Shown here: piece by piece, positions 18,005 through 28,900 of the stretch
How positions within the stretch are numbered: the first letter of the stretch is position 1
Layout of the letters: each line of letters starts with the position of its first letter
Source of the DNA: Candidatus Micrarchaeia archaeon
Lineage (GTDB): Archaea > Micrarchaeota > Micrarchaeia > CABMEP01
Reading direction: 5' to 3'
Assembly (NCBI GenBank): GCA_038880755.1
Contig: JAVZRC010000001.1
Span: forward strand, 8,791 to 72,790
Length of the DNA: 64,000 nucleotides
Program-made: the position numbers and the translations under genes
Notes under the pieces: model-generated
What the model saw: the letters and a program-made list of their open reading frames with translations, nothing else
Told to the model about the DNA's origin: nothing
Database searches by the model: none

Positions 18005-18811
18005 TTATATAAGAGAAACGCCAGCCAATATATAAATAATCAGGCCGATTAATATGAATGGAAGAAACATAGGCATATCCAGGACAGGCCATTTCCTTCC
18101 TGTTTTGCTTAGCATCTTTGCCTGCTTCTCGTCACTTAGTCTTTTTATTTTGTATCTTTCTATAATTTTTTTGTCCAACATTTCTATTGCAATTACATCT
18201 TCAGGTTCTATCTTTTTCTTCATGACTACCATTTCTTGCATCAGCTGTTCTTTTGAAATTATAAAGAATATAGATTCAAAGAAAAGTATTCCTGAAACCA
18301 AAAGCAACCAAGCAGGCAGGAATGGGAATAACATAAACATATAAATTAATAGAGCAAATGAAAATAAGAGCAATATGATCTGGAGTGCTTGCCACAGATT
18401 TATTTTCATCTTTCCTTCATTAAATCTCTTGATAATTCTTGGGAAGTATTTTATCATAATCCATATGGAAGCAAGCACAGTAGCAATTGCAAGAACCATC
18501 AATGAAGAAGGAACGAATTGATTTTCATCCAGTGGAAATGCAGGCAATGCAGAATATATGGCTGCCAATACTATAACATCTGCACCACCAATCTGTCCAT
18601 TAAGATATAATATATAAAGCACAAGTACCAAGGGAATTGCAATCGGAAGGAATTTTAAAAACAACGAATAATCAAATATATTCAAAAGTAATGAAATTCC
18701 AAGGAATGAGTAAAGAAATAGCTCAGGTACATTCTTTTTATTGAAAATATCATAATAAGCAGCAATTCCAGTTCCTGCCAATGCAATCAATATTCTAATA
18801 ATCTCTATCAT
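18005..18811 (-). CDS. A24-family prepilin/preflagellin peptidase (PibD/FlaK-like)
   Basis: The two catalytic Asp contexts AAYYDIFNKK (TM1) and IGGADVIVLAAI, plus a multi-TM C-terminal extension. Confidence 0.65.
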   Translation of the reverse strand: MIEIIRILIALAGTGIAAYYDIFNKKNVPELFLYSFLGISLLLNIFDYSLFLKFLPIAIPLVLVLYILYLNGQIGGADVIVLAAIYSALPAFPLDENQFVPSSLMVLAIATVLASIWIMIKYFPRIIKRFNEGKMKINLWQALQIILLLFSFALLIYMFMLFPFLPAWLLLVSGILFFESIFFIISKEQLMQEMVVMKKKIEPEDVIAIEMLDKKIIERYKIKRLSDEKQAKMLSKTGRKWPVLDMPMFLPFILIGLIIYILAGVSLI

Positions 18812-18922
18812 TTTTGCACCCTCAATCGGTTAATATCACTCTTATTCAATTAATATCACTATTTTATATACAATCTTTAATAATTCTATCTTCTACTTCA
18901 AACTTATAGGAGAGAGAAGGTT

Positions 18923-20041
18923 TCACCAGAAATCATCCAGCCATTCGCTATGGATAGAAATCACGTTTAGCTGCTTGCATGTAGCATTTGTCTTAAGAAG
19001 CGAGGATATGCTAGGTTGCGTTCTTCCATCATCTCCACTTATGAATTCTTTAATATAAGTACCGGATTCAGATAGCATATGCAGTTTTATTGTATGGCTG
19101 TCAATCCATTCTGGTTTAAGCATCTTTATTCTTCTTTTCCTAATGAGATCAGACCGTCTTATAAGCACTCTTTTAGGGGTTCTTTGCATTAATAAAACAC
19201 TTTTAGGTAGTTTAGAAATTTCATTCTTGTCAATGGGTTTTTCTAGATTCACTATCGCTTCGTATTCCTTGTCAAATTTAGCTCTCTTTATTATCTCTAC
19301 GCATTCTTTATTGACTATTTTCTCAAACTTTACCTTTATCTTTCCTTCATTTATTTTATTTACAATATTATTTATTCTTTCTATTTCCTTTTCATCTAAT
19401 ACTCTTTTTCTTGGATTAGTTACTTCCATCACAAAAGGTCTTCCATCGCCCAACATTAATACATCTATATCCTCCCTACCACTACCATGCAAAATTGCCT
19501 TGCTTTTTTCAGTGCCAATCTCTTTTATCAAGGTTCTCTCTATCAGTCCTTCAACCGATTCCTCTTTTGCATCCTCCTTCTTTGTTTGTCTTATTCCTCT
19601 TTGAAGCTTATTATATTTTCCATATAGATAAACAGAGGATATGTGCTTTGATATTTTCTTATTTTTAATATCATATATAATTCTTACATCAGGATCTGGG
19701 CTGAATTTGTATTTCGTTTTCTTTTCTATTATCTTTCCTAATTCAGTGTTTAATTCAGGTTTTATGCTTTTCCATTTTCTAAAGTCAGCAAAATCCCAGA
19801 TTTTTTCCTCTATAACCTCTGATTCCTTTGGTATGCTTGTTCCTATGCTAAATGTCCGTATTCCTGGAATTGATTCTAATTCTTTTATTATTTTATCTGC
19901 TATTTCATTCAAGTTCAGGAAACAACCATTGCAAAGTTTGCATTCCTGTTCATTTTCTATGAATTCAGAGCTGACTTTAGAGAATCCATTCCTGTTCCAG
20001 CATCTTTTACATACTTTAGGCATTACAAATTTTATCATCAT
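18923..20041 (-). CDS. pus10: tRNA pseudouridine synthase Pus10
   Basis: N-terminal zinc ribbon CKRCWNRNG…CKLCNGC, THUMP-like middle region and catalytic core with DVLMLGDGRPFVMEV. Confidence 0.7.
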   Translation of the reverse strand: MMIKFVMPKVCKRCWNRNGFSKVSSEFIENEQECKLCNGCFLNLNEIADKIIKELESIPGIRTFSIGTSIPKESEVIEEKIWDFADFRKWKSIKPELNTELGKIIEKKTKYKFSPDPDVRIIYDIKNKKISKHISSVYLYGKYNKLQRGIRQTKKEDAKEESVEGLIERTLIKEIGTEKSKAILHGSGREDIDVLMLGDGRPFVMEVTNPRKRVLDEKEIERINNIVNKINEGKIKVKFEKIVNKECVEIIKRAKFDKEYEAIVNLEKPIDKNEISKLPKSVLLMQRTPKRVLIRRSDLIRKRRIKMLKPEWIDSHTIKLHMLSESGTYIKEFISGDDGRTQPSISSLLKTNATCKQLNVISIHSEWLDDFW

Positions 20042-20108
20042 TATAAATTATTGAGATAAGTTTAAATTTTATTACTTATATATTATATTCTAACTATCAA
20101 GTGATTTT

Positions 20109-21662
20109 ATGCAAGAAATAAAAGAAGATAAAATATCAGAACACTGGGTTTCAGTATTAGTAAAAGAGATATTATCATCCACTAAACCACCATTTGTAGT
20201 TGCATCAGGTATAACAACTAGCGGACCTACCCATATAGGAACAGCAAGCGAATTCATATACCCAAATGCAATTGTGACATACTTCAAAAATAATGGTTAT
20301 GATGTTCAGTTCATATTCATTGGAGACATAATGGATGCCTTTGACTCAATTCCTAAACCATTAGAACAGTTCAAGGATGTTTTAGAGCCACATTTAGGGA
20401 AGCCTCTTGTACATGTCCCAGATCCATTCGGATGCCATGCCTCTTACGGGGATCATTTTCTTTCTGAGGCAGCAGATCTAATGAAGAGATTTAAGGTCAA
20501 TCCTGAGATAGTGAGAAACAGCGATCTTTATGCAAAAGGACTCTATGATAAGTATGCAATAAAATATCTGAATGAGCGTGAGAAGGTTAGAGATGTTGTT
20601 TTTGAATCCTCTCTAAGAAAAAAAGAAGGCAAAGAATGGGAAAACTGGTCTCCAATAGCTCCGATATGTGAAAAATGCGGAAAGATATCTACCTGTACAG
20701 TTACTGGTTTTGATGGAGAATATTATTACTATAAGTGCAATAAGGATGTTGAGTATACAAAAGGATGCGGTCATGAAGGAAAGGCAAGGATAAGCGATCA
20801 CCAATACAAGCTAGTTTGGAGAGTAGAATGGCCTTCAAGACAGGATTTCCTTAATGTCACAATAGAAGGTTTTGGAAAGGATCATGCCACTAGGGGAGGG
20901 TCAGCAGATACTGCAAGGGAAATGCATGAAAAGATATTGGGTAGAAAGCCACCATTTTTCTACAGATTCGGATTTTTCCTTTTAGGAGGAAAGAAGTATT
21001 CTAAATCAAAAGGAATAGGTTTGGATGTTAATACAGTTTTAAAGCTAATGCCACCAGAAGTAATCAAATATTTCATATACAGGTCAGATTCACAGGAGGA
21101 TAAGAACTTTGATCCTACAGGTCAGAACATGCTTCTCATATTCGAGGATTATGAATATGCAAGCACTCTTTCACAGCCAAAAGAAACACTTAGCAGGGCG
21201 GATAGAAAGAAAAGAATTGCTTATGAGATAAGCGGTGAAAGAAAATGGAAGGCAAAATTCCTGGACATTCTTCTTTACTATCAGATTTACAGAGATTGGG
21301 AAAGGGTAAAGTCTCTTTTTGATGATCCAGAAGGAGTGGAATATCTAAAACCATATATTGTTTATTGGATAGATAATGGTTATGTCCCTGAGGATTATTC
21401 ATTCTCAATAAATCCGAAAAAACCATTGGATATAAGAGGAATAAAAGAGTTTGCAGAAAGGCTTGATGATAAAATGGATCAACTTGCAATACATAATCTT
21501 GTTTTTGATACAGCTAAATCATTAGGAATAGAGCCTAAAGATTTCTTTAAGACATTATATACTGCATTGATAGGCAAGGATAGAGGTCCTAAGTTAGGAA
21601 AGCTTATTCATGCCATAGGTCCAGGTAAAGTAAAGAAAATGCTAATAGAATTAGTAAGTTGA
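20109..21662 (+). CDS. lysK: lysyl-tRNA synthetase, class I (LysK)
   Basis: HIGH-like PTHIGTASE and KMSKS-like KYSKSKG. Zn-binding CEKCGK…YKC. Confidence 0.85.
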   Translation: MQEIKEDKISEHWVSVLVKEILSSTKPPFVVASGITTSGPTHIGTASEFIYPNAIVTYFKNNGYDVQFIFIGDIMDAFDSIPKPLEQFKDVLEPHLGKPLVHVPDPFGCHASYGDHFLSEAADLMKRFKVNPEIVRNSDLYAKGLYDKYAIKYLNEREKVRDVVFESSLRKKEGKEWENWSPIAPICEKCGKISTCTVTGFDGEYYYYKCNKDVEYTKGCGHEGKARISDHQYKLVWRVEWPSRQDFLNVTIEGFGKDHATRGGSADTAREMHEKILGRKPPFFYRFGFFLLGGKKYSKSKGIGLDVNTVLKLMPPEVIKYFIYRSDSQEDKNFDPTGQNMLLIFEDYEYASTLSQPKETLSRADRKKRIAYEISGERKWKAKFLDILLYYQIYRDWERVKSLFDDPEGVEYLKPYIVYWIDNGYVPEDYSFSINPKKPLDIRGIKEFAERLDDKMDQLAIHNLVFDTAKSLGIEPKDFFKTLYTALIGKDRGPKLGKLIHAIGPGKVKKMLIELVS

Positions 21663-21724
21663 TAGTGGGAATCCCGATTATCAAATGCCAATAGAATTAA
21701 TTGATAGAATTTATATTTTATTAT

Positions 21725-22504
21725 TTATTCTTTTAACATTGAATGGATTCTTTCCAATTCTTCTATAGTTAATGTGAATACTCTTCTTTTTTGCATACTA
21801 AGTTTTTCAGCTACTGAAATTAATTTTGGATATTCTTCCATTATCTCCTTTGCCTTTGCAGCTGCACCTAGAGTTTTTTTCCTATGTGAAAAGAGTCGCT
21901 CTATGAATTTATCGAATTCAGGGTTATCAGTTTTTTCTCTTTTGAACAGCATAACAATTGCAGAATCAACTTCAGGTACTGGTTTAAAGCTTCCTTTAGG
22001 AACTTTCTTTAGATATATCGGCTTGAAGTAATAATTAGTCATCACACTTAATCTTGACCAATCCTTTTCACCAGGCTTTGCAATCATTCTGTCTACAAAT
22101 TCCTTCTGCAGGCAGAGAACAGCCTTTTCAAAATTAAATTCCTTAAGCTTGAAAAGAAGCGGAGAGGATATAGAATATGGAACATTGCTTATTATCAGAT
22201 CTATCCTCTTTTGCTTTGATTCTTTTAGAATCTCGTTTTCACTCAAATCTAAGAAGTCAGCTTCTATGACTGTAACATTCTTTTTTTTCTTGAATAAAAA
22301 TTTAAGGGACTCTGCAAAGCTGAAATCTTTTTCAATAATAACAAGATGCTTTGCATTCTCTGCAACCAATCTGCTAAGGTTTCCAGTACCTCCACCAATC
22401 TCAAGTACCACTTTTCCTTTAGGTTGTAGCATTTCTACTTCGTATTTCAGTATCTCTTCATTTTCCAGCATATGCTGGCCAAAGTGTTTTCTTTTATTGT
22501 ACAT
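21725..22504 (-). CDS. ksgA: 16S rRNA (adenine1518/1519-N6)-dimethyltransferase KsgA/Dim1
   Basis: SAM motif VLEIGGGTGNLS and the NVPYSISSPLLFKL motif. Confidence 0.85.
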   Translation of the reverse strand: MYNKRKHFGQHMLENEEILKYEVEMLQPKGKVVLEIGGGTGNLSRLVAENAKHLVIIEKDFSFAESLKFLFKKKKNVTVIEADFLDLSENEILKESKQKRIDLIISNVPYSISSPLLFKLKEFNFEKAVLCLQKEFVDRMIAKPGEKDWSRLSVMTNYYFKPIYLKKVPKGSFKPVPEVDSAIVMLFKREKTDNPEFDKFIERLFSHRKKTLGAAAKAKEIMEEYPKLISVAEKLSMQKRRVFTLTIEELERIHSMLKE

Positions 22505-22516
22505 TTTATCTACATT

Positions 22517-23167
22517 TTATCGAAAAGAAACATCGTATGGCATTAGAGTTTTTGCAACTGAATAAAGAAAGATGTATGAAATTAAAAGTACTAAAAGTAC
22601 TAAGATTGGCCATCCAATAATAATTAATGCCTTTATCCATGAGATGTTGTTGCTGTTCTTGACTATTGAAATTATACCATATATCCCATAGATAAAGAGT
22701 AACAAACTAAATAAAATAAGGTCTCTAATGATAGAAGAAATTATTAATATAATTATTGTTAGAATAATTGTAACTGTAGAAAACATTAAAATAGAATTAG
22801 TTTGTCTTTCAAAGTCTGCTTTTACATCAAGAATTCTTGCAGATAACCATATGAATGAGCTGCTTGTTACGATAGCTAACAATATGAAAAACACATTAAA
22901 TAGAAATATTAAAGCACCTAGAATAATACCAAAGATGTTAAGGGAAGGCAATAAAAATAAAGTTAAAAAAACTAAAAAAGACAAATAAATGAATAAATAC
23001 GAATTTTTTATGGTTTGCTTTGTTTCATATGTGTATTCAGCAGACTTTGCAGGATTGAAAAATAAATTTACCATACTTTTGAAGGAATCAATAAAAGACT
23101 CCTGCGAATCTTTATTTTTAACCTCTTCTCTCTCGATCTCATTTCTTTTAATTCTCTTTTTTTCCAT
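22517..23167 (-). CDS. polytopic membrane protein, hypothetical (Yip1-like topology)
   Basis: Five or more hydrophobic helices after a charged N-terminus. Confidence 0.4.
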   Translation of the reverse strand: MEKKRIKRNEIEREEVKNKDSQESFIDSFKSMVNLFFNPAKSAEYTYETKQTIKNSYLFIYLSFLVFLTLFLLPSLNIFGIILGALIFLFNVFFILLAIVTSSSFIWLSARILDVKADFERQTNSILMFSTVTIILTIIILIISSIIRDLILFSLLLFIYGIYGIISIVKNSNNISWIKALIIIGWPILVLLVLLISYIFLYSVAKTLMPYDVSFR

Positions 23168-23194
23168 AAAATCACTTGATAATTTTTTATCTTC

Positions 23195-23767
23195 TTAGTG
23201 TCTTCTAAAACCACTTGTTGGCGGCATTGGTGGCTTAATGAATAAATAATACCTTTCTTTGCCACTCATTTCATTTATTATTCTTTCAGCTATCATTTCT
23301 ACTGGATTAAGTAGATGTGGCACTCTTTTTGTAAGATCATCAAAACTTTCAAAAGGTTTAATTTCTCTCTCTTTGAGTATATCTTCCAGATGTTTCTTTC
23401 CAATACCTGGAAGAAGTTCAAGCTGATGGAGTCTTATTGTTACTGGTCCGCATTTATTTATGAAATTTATAAAATCGCTTTCTCTGCTTTTAACTATTGT
23501 TTTTATTGCAGTTTTCAGTTCATTTTTAGCAGCACCTGTAAGTTCAGAGTACTCAACCCTTCCTTTTATTCTCTCTACTTCCTTTCTTTGATTCAATTCT
23601 TTTCCTACGTATAGCTTACTATGGAGTTGAATTGGAACATTTCTTTTCACTATAACTTCCAGAAGTGTAAAGAACCTTTCACCAACTAAGTAAGCAACCG
23701 GTTCTCGTTTAATGTCCGTTGGTTTACCTAGTGGTAAATAGTCGATTACAATTCCATAGTCTTCCAT
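23195..23767 (-). CDS. DUF655-family nucleic-acid-binding protein (conserved archaeal rpoF-ksgA neighbour)
   Basis: Pattern DYGIVIDYLPLGK…AYLVGERFFTLLEV…LELLPGIGKKHLEDIL (HhH). Confidence 0.55.
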   Translation of the reverse strand: MEDYGIVIDYLPLGKPTDIKREPVAYLVGERFFTLLEVIVKRNVPIQLHSKLYVGKELNQRKEVERIKGRVEYSELTGAAKNELKTAIKTIVKSRESDFINFINKCGPVTIRLHQLELLPGIGKKHLEDILKEREIKPFESFDDLTKRVPHLLNPVEMIAERIINEMSGKERYYLFIKPPMPPTSGFRRH

Positions 23768-23780
23768 AAAAAATCACCAG

Positions 23781-24131
23781 CTATTGTTTCTGGTATTTTG
23801 AAACTATTTCTAATATCTTATTAATTTCGTCTTCTGTTAAAGAATAAGTTTCCTTTGAGAATATCTGCTCTATTTCTTCCTTCTTCTTCGGCATTAAATC
23901 TACGATCTTAACCGTCTTTGCTCTGTTTAGTTTTGTAACTTCACTCATTAATTCATTTATCATTTCTTCTGCCTTTTCTTTGCTTAATTTGGTCATTTTT
24001 TTTGCATATTCTAAAGTCTTTGCCTGTTCGAATCCCATTTCTATTTCACTAGGCATTTCTAGTATCTCTTTTACTTCAGCAAGCGTTACTTCTTTAATAT
24101 CAAGGATTTTTTTACCTATCATTCCAATCAC
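23781..24131 (-). CDS. rpoF: RNA polymerase subunit F (Rpo4/RpoF, Rpb4 homologue)
   Basis: About 115 aa helical protein MIGKKILD.KEVTLAEVKEILE in the conserved L21e-RpoF-DUF655-KsgA cluster. Confidence 0.55.
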   Translation of the reverse strand: MIGMIGKKILDIKEVTLAEVKEILEMPSEIEMGFEQAKTLEYAKKMTKLSKEKAEEMINELMSEVTKLNRAKTVKIVDLMPKKKEEIEQIFSKETYSLTEDEINKILEIVSKYQKQ

Positions 24132-24141
24132 TTTTTACATA

Positions 24142-24426
24142 TCAATATTCTCTGAGGTGGACAGCTGAGACTATAAATTTCTTTTTCACTCCTCCATCCT
24201 CTACTTCTACAATGTAAGCGTTTCCTTGTTTTCCTTTGACTATACCAACACGACCAGCATATCTTGGATGAGGAAAGTCTTCGAACTTAACATTTGGAAC
24301 TAATTGTACCTTTTTTCCTATCTCGATAGTTTTCAATTGATCAACTACTGTAACTTTTCTTTTAGTTGATTTTCTTCCGAGCAATCTGCTTTTTCTGCTC
24401 ATTCTTCCTTTAGATGCTTTAACCAT
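24142..24426 (-). CDS. ribosomal protein L21e
   Basis: Pattern SKGRMSRKSRLLGRK…FDIGDKVQL.-like…GRVGIVKGKQGNAYIVEV. Confidence 0.8.
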   Translation of the reverse strand: MVKASKGRMSRKSRLLGRKSTKRKVTVVDQLKTIEIGKKVQLVPNVKFEDFPHPRYAGRVGIVKGKQGNAYIVEVEDGGVKKKFIVSAVHLREY

Positions 24427-24574
24427 ATTATCACTTCTATTAACTTAAAAATTGCTACAATTAACTCTACCAAAACAAAAGGGGCGAATTAATAGATATA
24501 ATATAGTAGGATAAGTTTAAAAATGTGCTATATCTCAAAAATTATGATTTATTTGATTATTATTACTTTTTAAA

Positions 24575-24600
24575 TAGGTTTAAATACCTTCCGAGGTATA
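24575..24600 (+). promoter_or_regulatory. candidate BRE/TATA promoter element upstream of the TBP-like gene
   Basis: 'aaataggtttaaatacc' is TATA-like with purine-rich upstream flank, 60-80 nt before the ATG. The genome is AT-rich, so specificity is low. Confidence 0.15.
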
Positions 24601-24657
24601 TATTTTTAAAGCATTTAAAAATGTTAAGCCCTATTTGGGTTCTAAAGGGTGTTTTTA

Positions 24658-24936
24658 ATGGTGAAAGATGTTAAATTTAAGATTGAAAATATTGTAGCAT
24701 CTGCAAATTTAGGAATAGAATTAGATCTTTATTCTCTCGGAAGGAAAGTTCCAAATATCGAATACGAGCCCGAACAATTTCCAGGAGCAATTCTTAAACT
24801 TAGAGAACCAAAATCATCATTGCTTCTCTTTAAGAATGGAAAGATAATTTGTACTGGTTGTAAAACAGAAAAGGAAGTAAAATTAGCAATCAGAAATGCA
24901 ATGGCAATTCTTCAAAAAGCACAGAAGAAGAGATAA
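24658..24936 (+). CDS. single-repeat TATA-binding-protein-like protein (half-TBP)
   Basis: One complete TBP repeat: IENIVASANLGIELDLYSLGRKVPNIEYEPEQFPGAILKLREPKSSLLLFKNGKIICTGCKTEKEVKLAI. The ORF stops after about 93 aa and no second repeat lies downstream in frame. Confidence 0.5.
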   Translation: MVKDVKFKIENIVASANLGIELDLYSLGRKVPNIEYEPEQFPGAILKLREPKSSLLLFKNGKIICTGCKTEKEVKLAIRNAMAILQKAQKKR

Positions 24937-24996
24937 TCATATTCTTTTCTAAATTTTTATTTATCTTCAACATACTTTTTTCTTTATCAATTTTAA

Positions 24997-25854
24997 TTAA
25001 GGAAATCCTCTTAATCCATTTAGTCTCTGCTCAAAAATTTTTACATTCGTATTAAGTAGTTTAATTTCCCATTCTAATTTTTCATTAATAGATTTTATTA
25101 TTTTCTTTTTCTCTTTATTCGTTAAATCAAAATAAGATGTTATCTTATCCTTATTTTTGCTAAAATTATCATTGAGATATACAAATAGATTATGTAGTTT
25201 TTTATATTCTTCTAACGTTTTGTAAAATTTTTCCTTTCTATCTTTAATTTTTAATGAGTCTTCATATCGAGCTTTCCGATAATCGTTGTTTATTTCTCCT
25301 TCGCCACTAAATGAATCTCCAGAATAAAGTTCAATTCTTAATATAACATTATCATGGTATAACTCTAATAAATTAACATTATAAGGATCGTCTTTTAGGA
25401 GTTCTTTTATTTCTTTATCACTTTCTGTTAATATCGATTCTTTTTCTTCAACATCATTAATTATTGTCAAAGCATCTGCTTTTTTCATTTTCAGTTTTTC
25501 TAAAACAAAAAACACAGCTTTATTTTTAGTCTCTTCATATATCCTTTCCAATTCAGCAATACTTTCATCAATCTCTACTATTATCTCTGCAGAATTCTTT
25601 ATAAATGAATTGCCATAACTATAGTAATAACTTTTTATTTTCTTTAAATCTTCTTTACTACACACATTCTCCAAGCTTTTTTCTATTTTTTCATAATTTG
25701 TAAATGGATAAATACTATAAAATGCATTTGCTTTGGTCGGTGTCATAGATAAACCTAAAGCCAAAATCCCTTCTGCTAATAGTTTTCCAATCCGTTTTTT
25801 GAAATCAAGCTTTTTTTCAGGTTTTATCTCCTTAATTTTCTTTTCATCAGACAC
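24997..25854 (-). CDS. hypothetical N-terminally anchored/secreted protein
   Basis: Basic N-terminus then hydrophobic LLAEGILALGLSM. Remainder is K/E/N-rich and helical. Confidence 0.4.
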   Translation of the reverse strand: MSDEKKIKEIKPEKKLDFKKRIGKLLAEGILALGLSMTPTKANAFYSIYPFTNYEKIEKSLENVCSKEDLKKIKSYYYSYGNSFIKNSAEIIVEIDESIAELERIYEETKNKAVFFVLEKLKMKKADALTIINDVEEKESILTESDKEIKELLKDDPYNVNLLELYHDNVILRIELYSGDSFSGEGEINNDYRKARYEDSLKIKDRKEKFYKTLEEYKKLHNLFVYLNDNFSKNKDKITSYFDLTNKEKKKIIKSINEKLEWEIKLLNTNVKIFEQRLNGLRGFP

Positions 25855-25929
25855 ACATCCACCTCAGCTTATATATAATCATATAGCATAATTTATTTAT
25901 TAATTTTATGGATGTGTGATTTCTATAAA

Positions 25930-28900
25930 TTATTTATTTTTGACTCCAATCTCAGTAACTTTGCCTTTTGATACTCCACTATAAAAAGCTTCAATCCACT
26001 CTCTTTTTTCTTCTTCCATGTTCTTCTCATATTCTTTTTTGCCGGAATAAATGTAGATTATAGTTCCAGTTCCAAAAATCTTATTTTCGTTGAGTTTTTT
26101 CTTTAATACTTCTGGCTTAATTCCATCTTCACTAAAGTGTTTATATTCAATTTCGTCTATTAAACTTACGAATGGGTTATATCTGTTAGTTTGTATGTGT
26201 TTCTTTATCTCTTCTTCTGTTCTCTCTTTACCTGCTGCTATATTTGTATTCACATTATTAAGATGATTTAGGAGTTCATTGTACTTAGTTCTTTCTTCAT
26301 GCGAATGTACTTCTTTAGATTTATAGGAAGTTTCTAGCTTTCGTATTTCTTCGTGAATCTGGTTACTTAATGAATCTAATTTCCCAACTGTTGTAAATGT
26401 TTGATTATTGTCTTTGGGAATGTAGATTTCAGAATTGTATTTTTCGAAATCTTCTTTTACTTTACTTAAACCTTCCCGTAACTTGATTTCACTTTCATTT
26501 AATGTATATGGTGGTGATAAGAGTTGAAGTGCTTTATTTAGCTCTTTTTGTGCTTCATCAAGCTTGTAACGAGTGTATCCATTTCCGGAATTTATACTAC
26601 TGGTGGTTTCTGCAGCAGATTTTATTTCTGCAGCCTCAAATGTTTTTTTCATTATCATTGCGGAATCTACAGTTAAAGAACTTACAGGAGATAATGAAGG
26701 AGCATTTTTAGCAACTTCATATATCTCTTTCATTAATATCAGATTATCTCTTTCTTTTCTAATGAATTCTGTTCCTTTTATTACTCTTTCTAATTCAATT
26801 TTTGCAGACTCAATCTGGTTTTCTTTAGATTTAACTTCGTCATAACCTGGGGTACCAATTGTTGGATTTCTATATTTTATATAGAGTTCCTCTAGTTCTT
26901 TTTGAAGGTTTTTTATTTTGTTATTTATTATTTCTTCACCCTTTAAAACAGTAAATAATACTGTTTCTGGTGTAACATCTGTTTTCTCTCCATTAACTAT
27001 CTTTACGGCTCTTTCTAATCCTTTTGAGTTAAGTTTCTTTTCAAGATCTAATGTATCTATTATGTTTTTAGTGAGTTTCTCTTTATTCTCTGGCAATTCA
27101 TAATTCATATTAGAAAATGCAATTATTTTTTCATTTGGATTCGTTATCTTTCTTCCTTTTTCATCAGTCAACTCTAATTGGTCTAAAAATCTATGGATAG
27201 TTCCTATCTGTATGTCTTTTATAATATAATTAAATGCAGCTATTTTATTAGAATCGTCTTTAATTAATTCTAGGTTTTCTTTTAGAACAGTATTAATCTT
27301 ACTTGGATCACCACTTTCATATGCTTCATAAATTCGTTGAACATTAATCCCATAAGCATCAGCCAATTCTTTCACGTCTCTCAATTTGGACTTAAATTCA
27401 TCAACTCCATAGTTACTATAGTAGTCTTTCGCATTCATTTTTCTTGCTATTATCAAAGATTCTTTGTCAAAACCTATTAATGCTCCATTGCTACTAATTC
27501 TATTAAGTAGTCTTTCAGTATCTTCTCTAAGAATCCTTTCTAAGTTTCTTATTAATTTATTTGTATCTTCTACACTTAAATCAGATTTTTGTTTTATAAG
27601 TCTAGATTTTTGTTCATCACTTAGGTAAACAGATTTTAGTTGTTCATTGATTCTTTGAATTCTACCATCTAGATACGTTCTAATATCTTGTAATTCTGTA
27701 GGTTTTGCTCCTTTCTTTAACCCCTCTATTACATTTCTTAACATTTCTAAATTTGCAACTTCATCTTTAGCGATCGCATTCAATATTTTCATCTTTCCCT
27801 TCTCAGTCAATCCATACACATCTATATCTTCTTTTTGTAAACTAAAACCATATGTTGCTTTCACTTTATTATTTATCTCTTCTTGTTCTTCTTTGGTATA
27901 CATCTCTTTTGATGGTCTTCTGATCTCAGGTATTGAAGCATAAGATAAACTCCAAGGTCTTACACCCATTCTACCTAATGAGAGAAAGAACGTTTGTCTG
28001 AATAAATCTAATAATGATGAACTTGATACTTTATCTGATGCAGTAACAACTCTTATTTCACCAAAAACTCCTTTAACAACTCTTCTATTTCCACCCAATA
28101 CATCTTCCATTTCTTGTGTAGTTAGTTTTCCTTTTGCAGCTTGTTCCGCTTTCTTCAATTTTTCTAATTCTTCTTTATTCAATCTTCTGGAAGTAGTACT
28201 CATTAATACTTTTCCAGGTATAGAGGATATCTTTTGCACTATTCCAAAGGTTCCTTTTGCCTTTTTTTCTTCTTCAATTGAGGGAGTGAGGAACTTTCCA
28301 AGTTTGTATGCACCGGTTGAAGTAGCAGATTTTAATGCACTCTGGGCTGCACCTACAGCAGTACCTAATAATGTAGTTCTTTGCCTTGTAGTGACTCTAC
28401 CTCCAGAGATTCCTGGTGCTTTAAATGCAACTCTTGAAAAGTCAAATAAACCAAACGGATTCTTTCCAGATGCAAACATCGCAGCAACAAGAAGTGCAAA
28501 TATTATGAAAAGAGGAGCACAAGCAGTCAAACTTATTAACGGAAATACTCCAGGTACATATCTTTCTGTTTTCGCACTTCCCATAAATGGTTCTTTCGGT
28601 TTCGGTGTAAATGTAGCGGTTATTGAATATGAGATCTTTCTAGGATCTGTCGAATTTTCTAATAAGGGTGGTTGAGTGTATAGTGTAAAAGAAACACTCC
28701 CGTTTTCATTTGTATTTACTACAAAAGGTGCTGATTCATCTGAAAGGACAAACTCACCTGCTGCATTTTTTGTTACAAATTTACTTCCTATTACTAATTC
28801 TATAGTTATATTTTTGTTTGCAAGAGGTATTCTATTTTGTGTTTTCCTATCAATTGCATTAAGCTGTATATTGACATCAATTGTATTATCAGTTATACCT

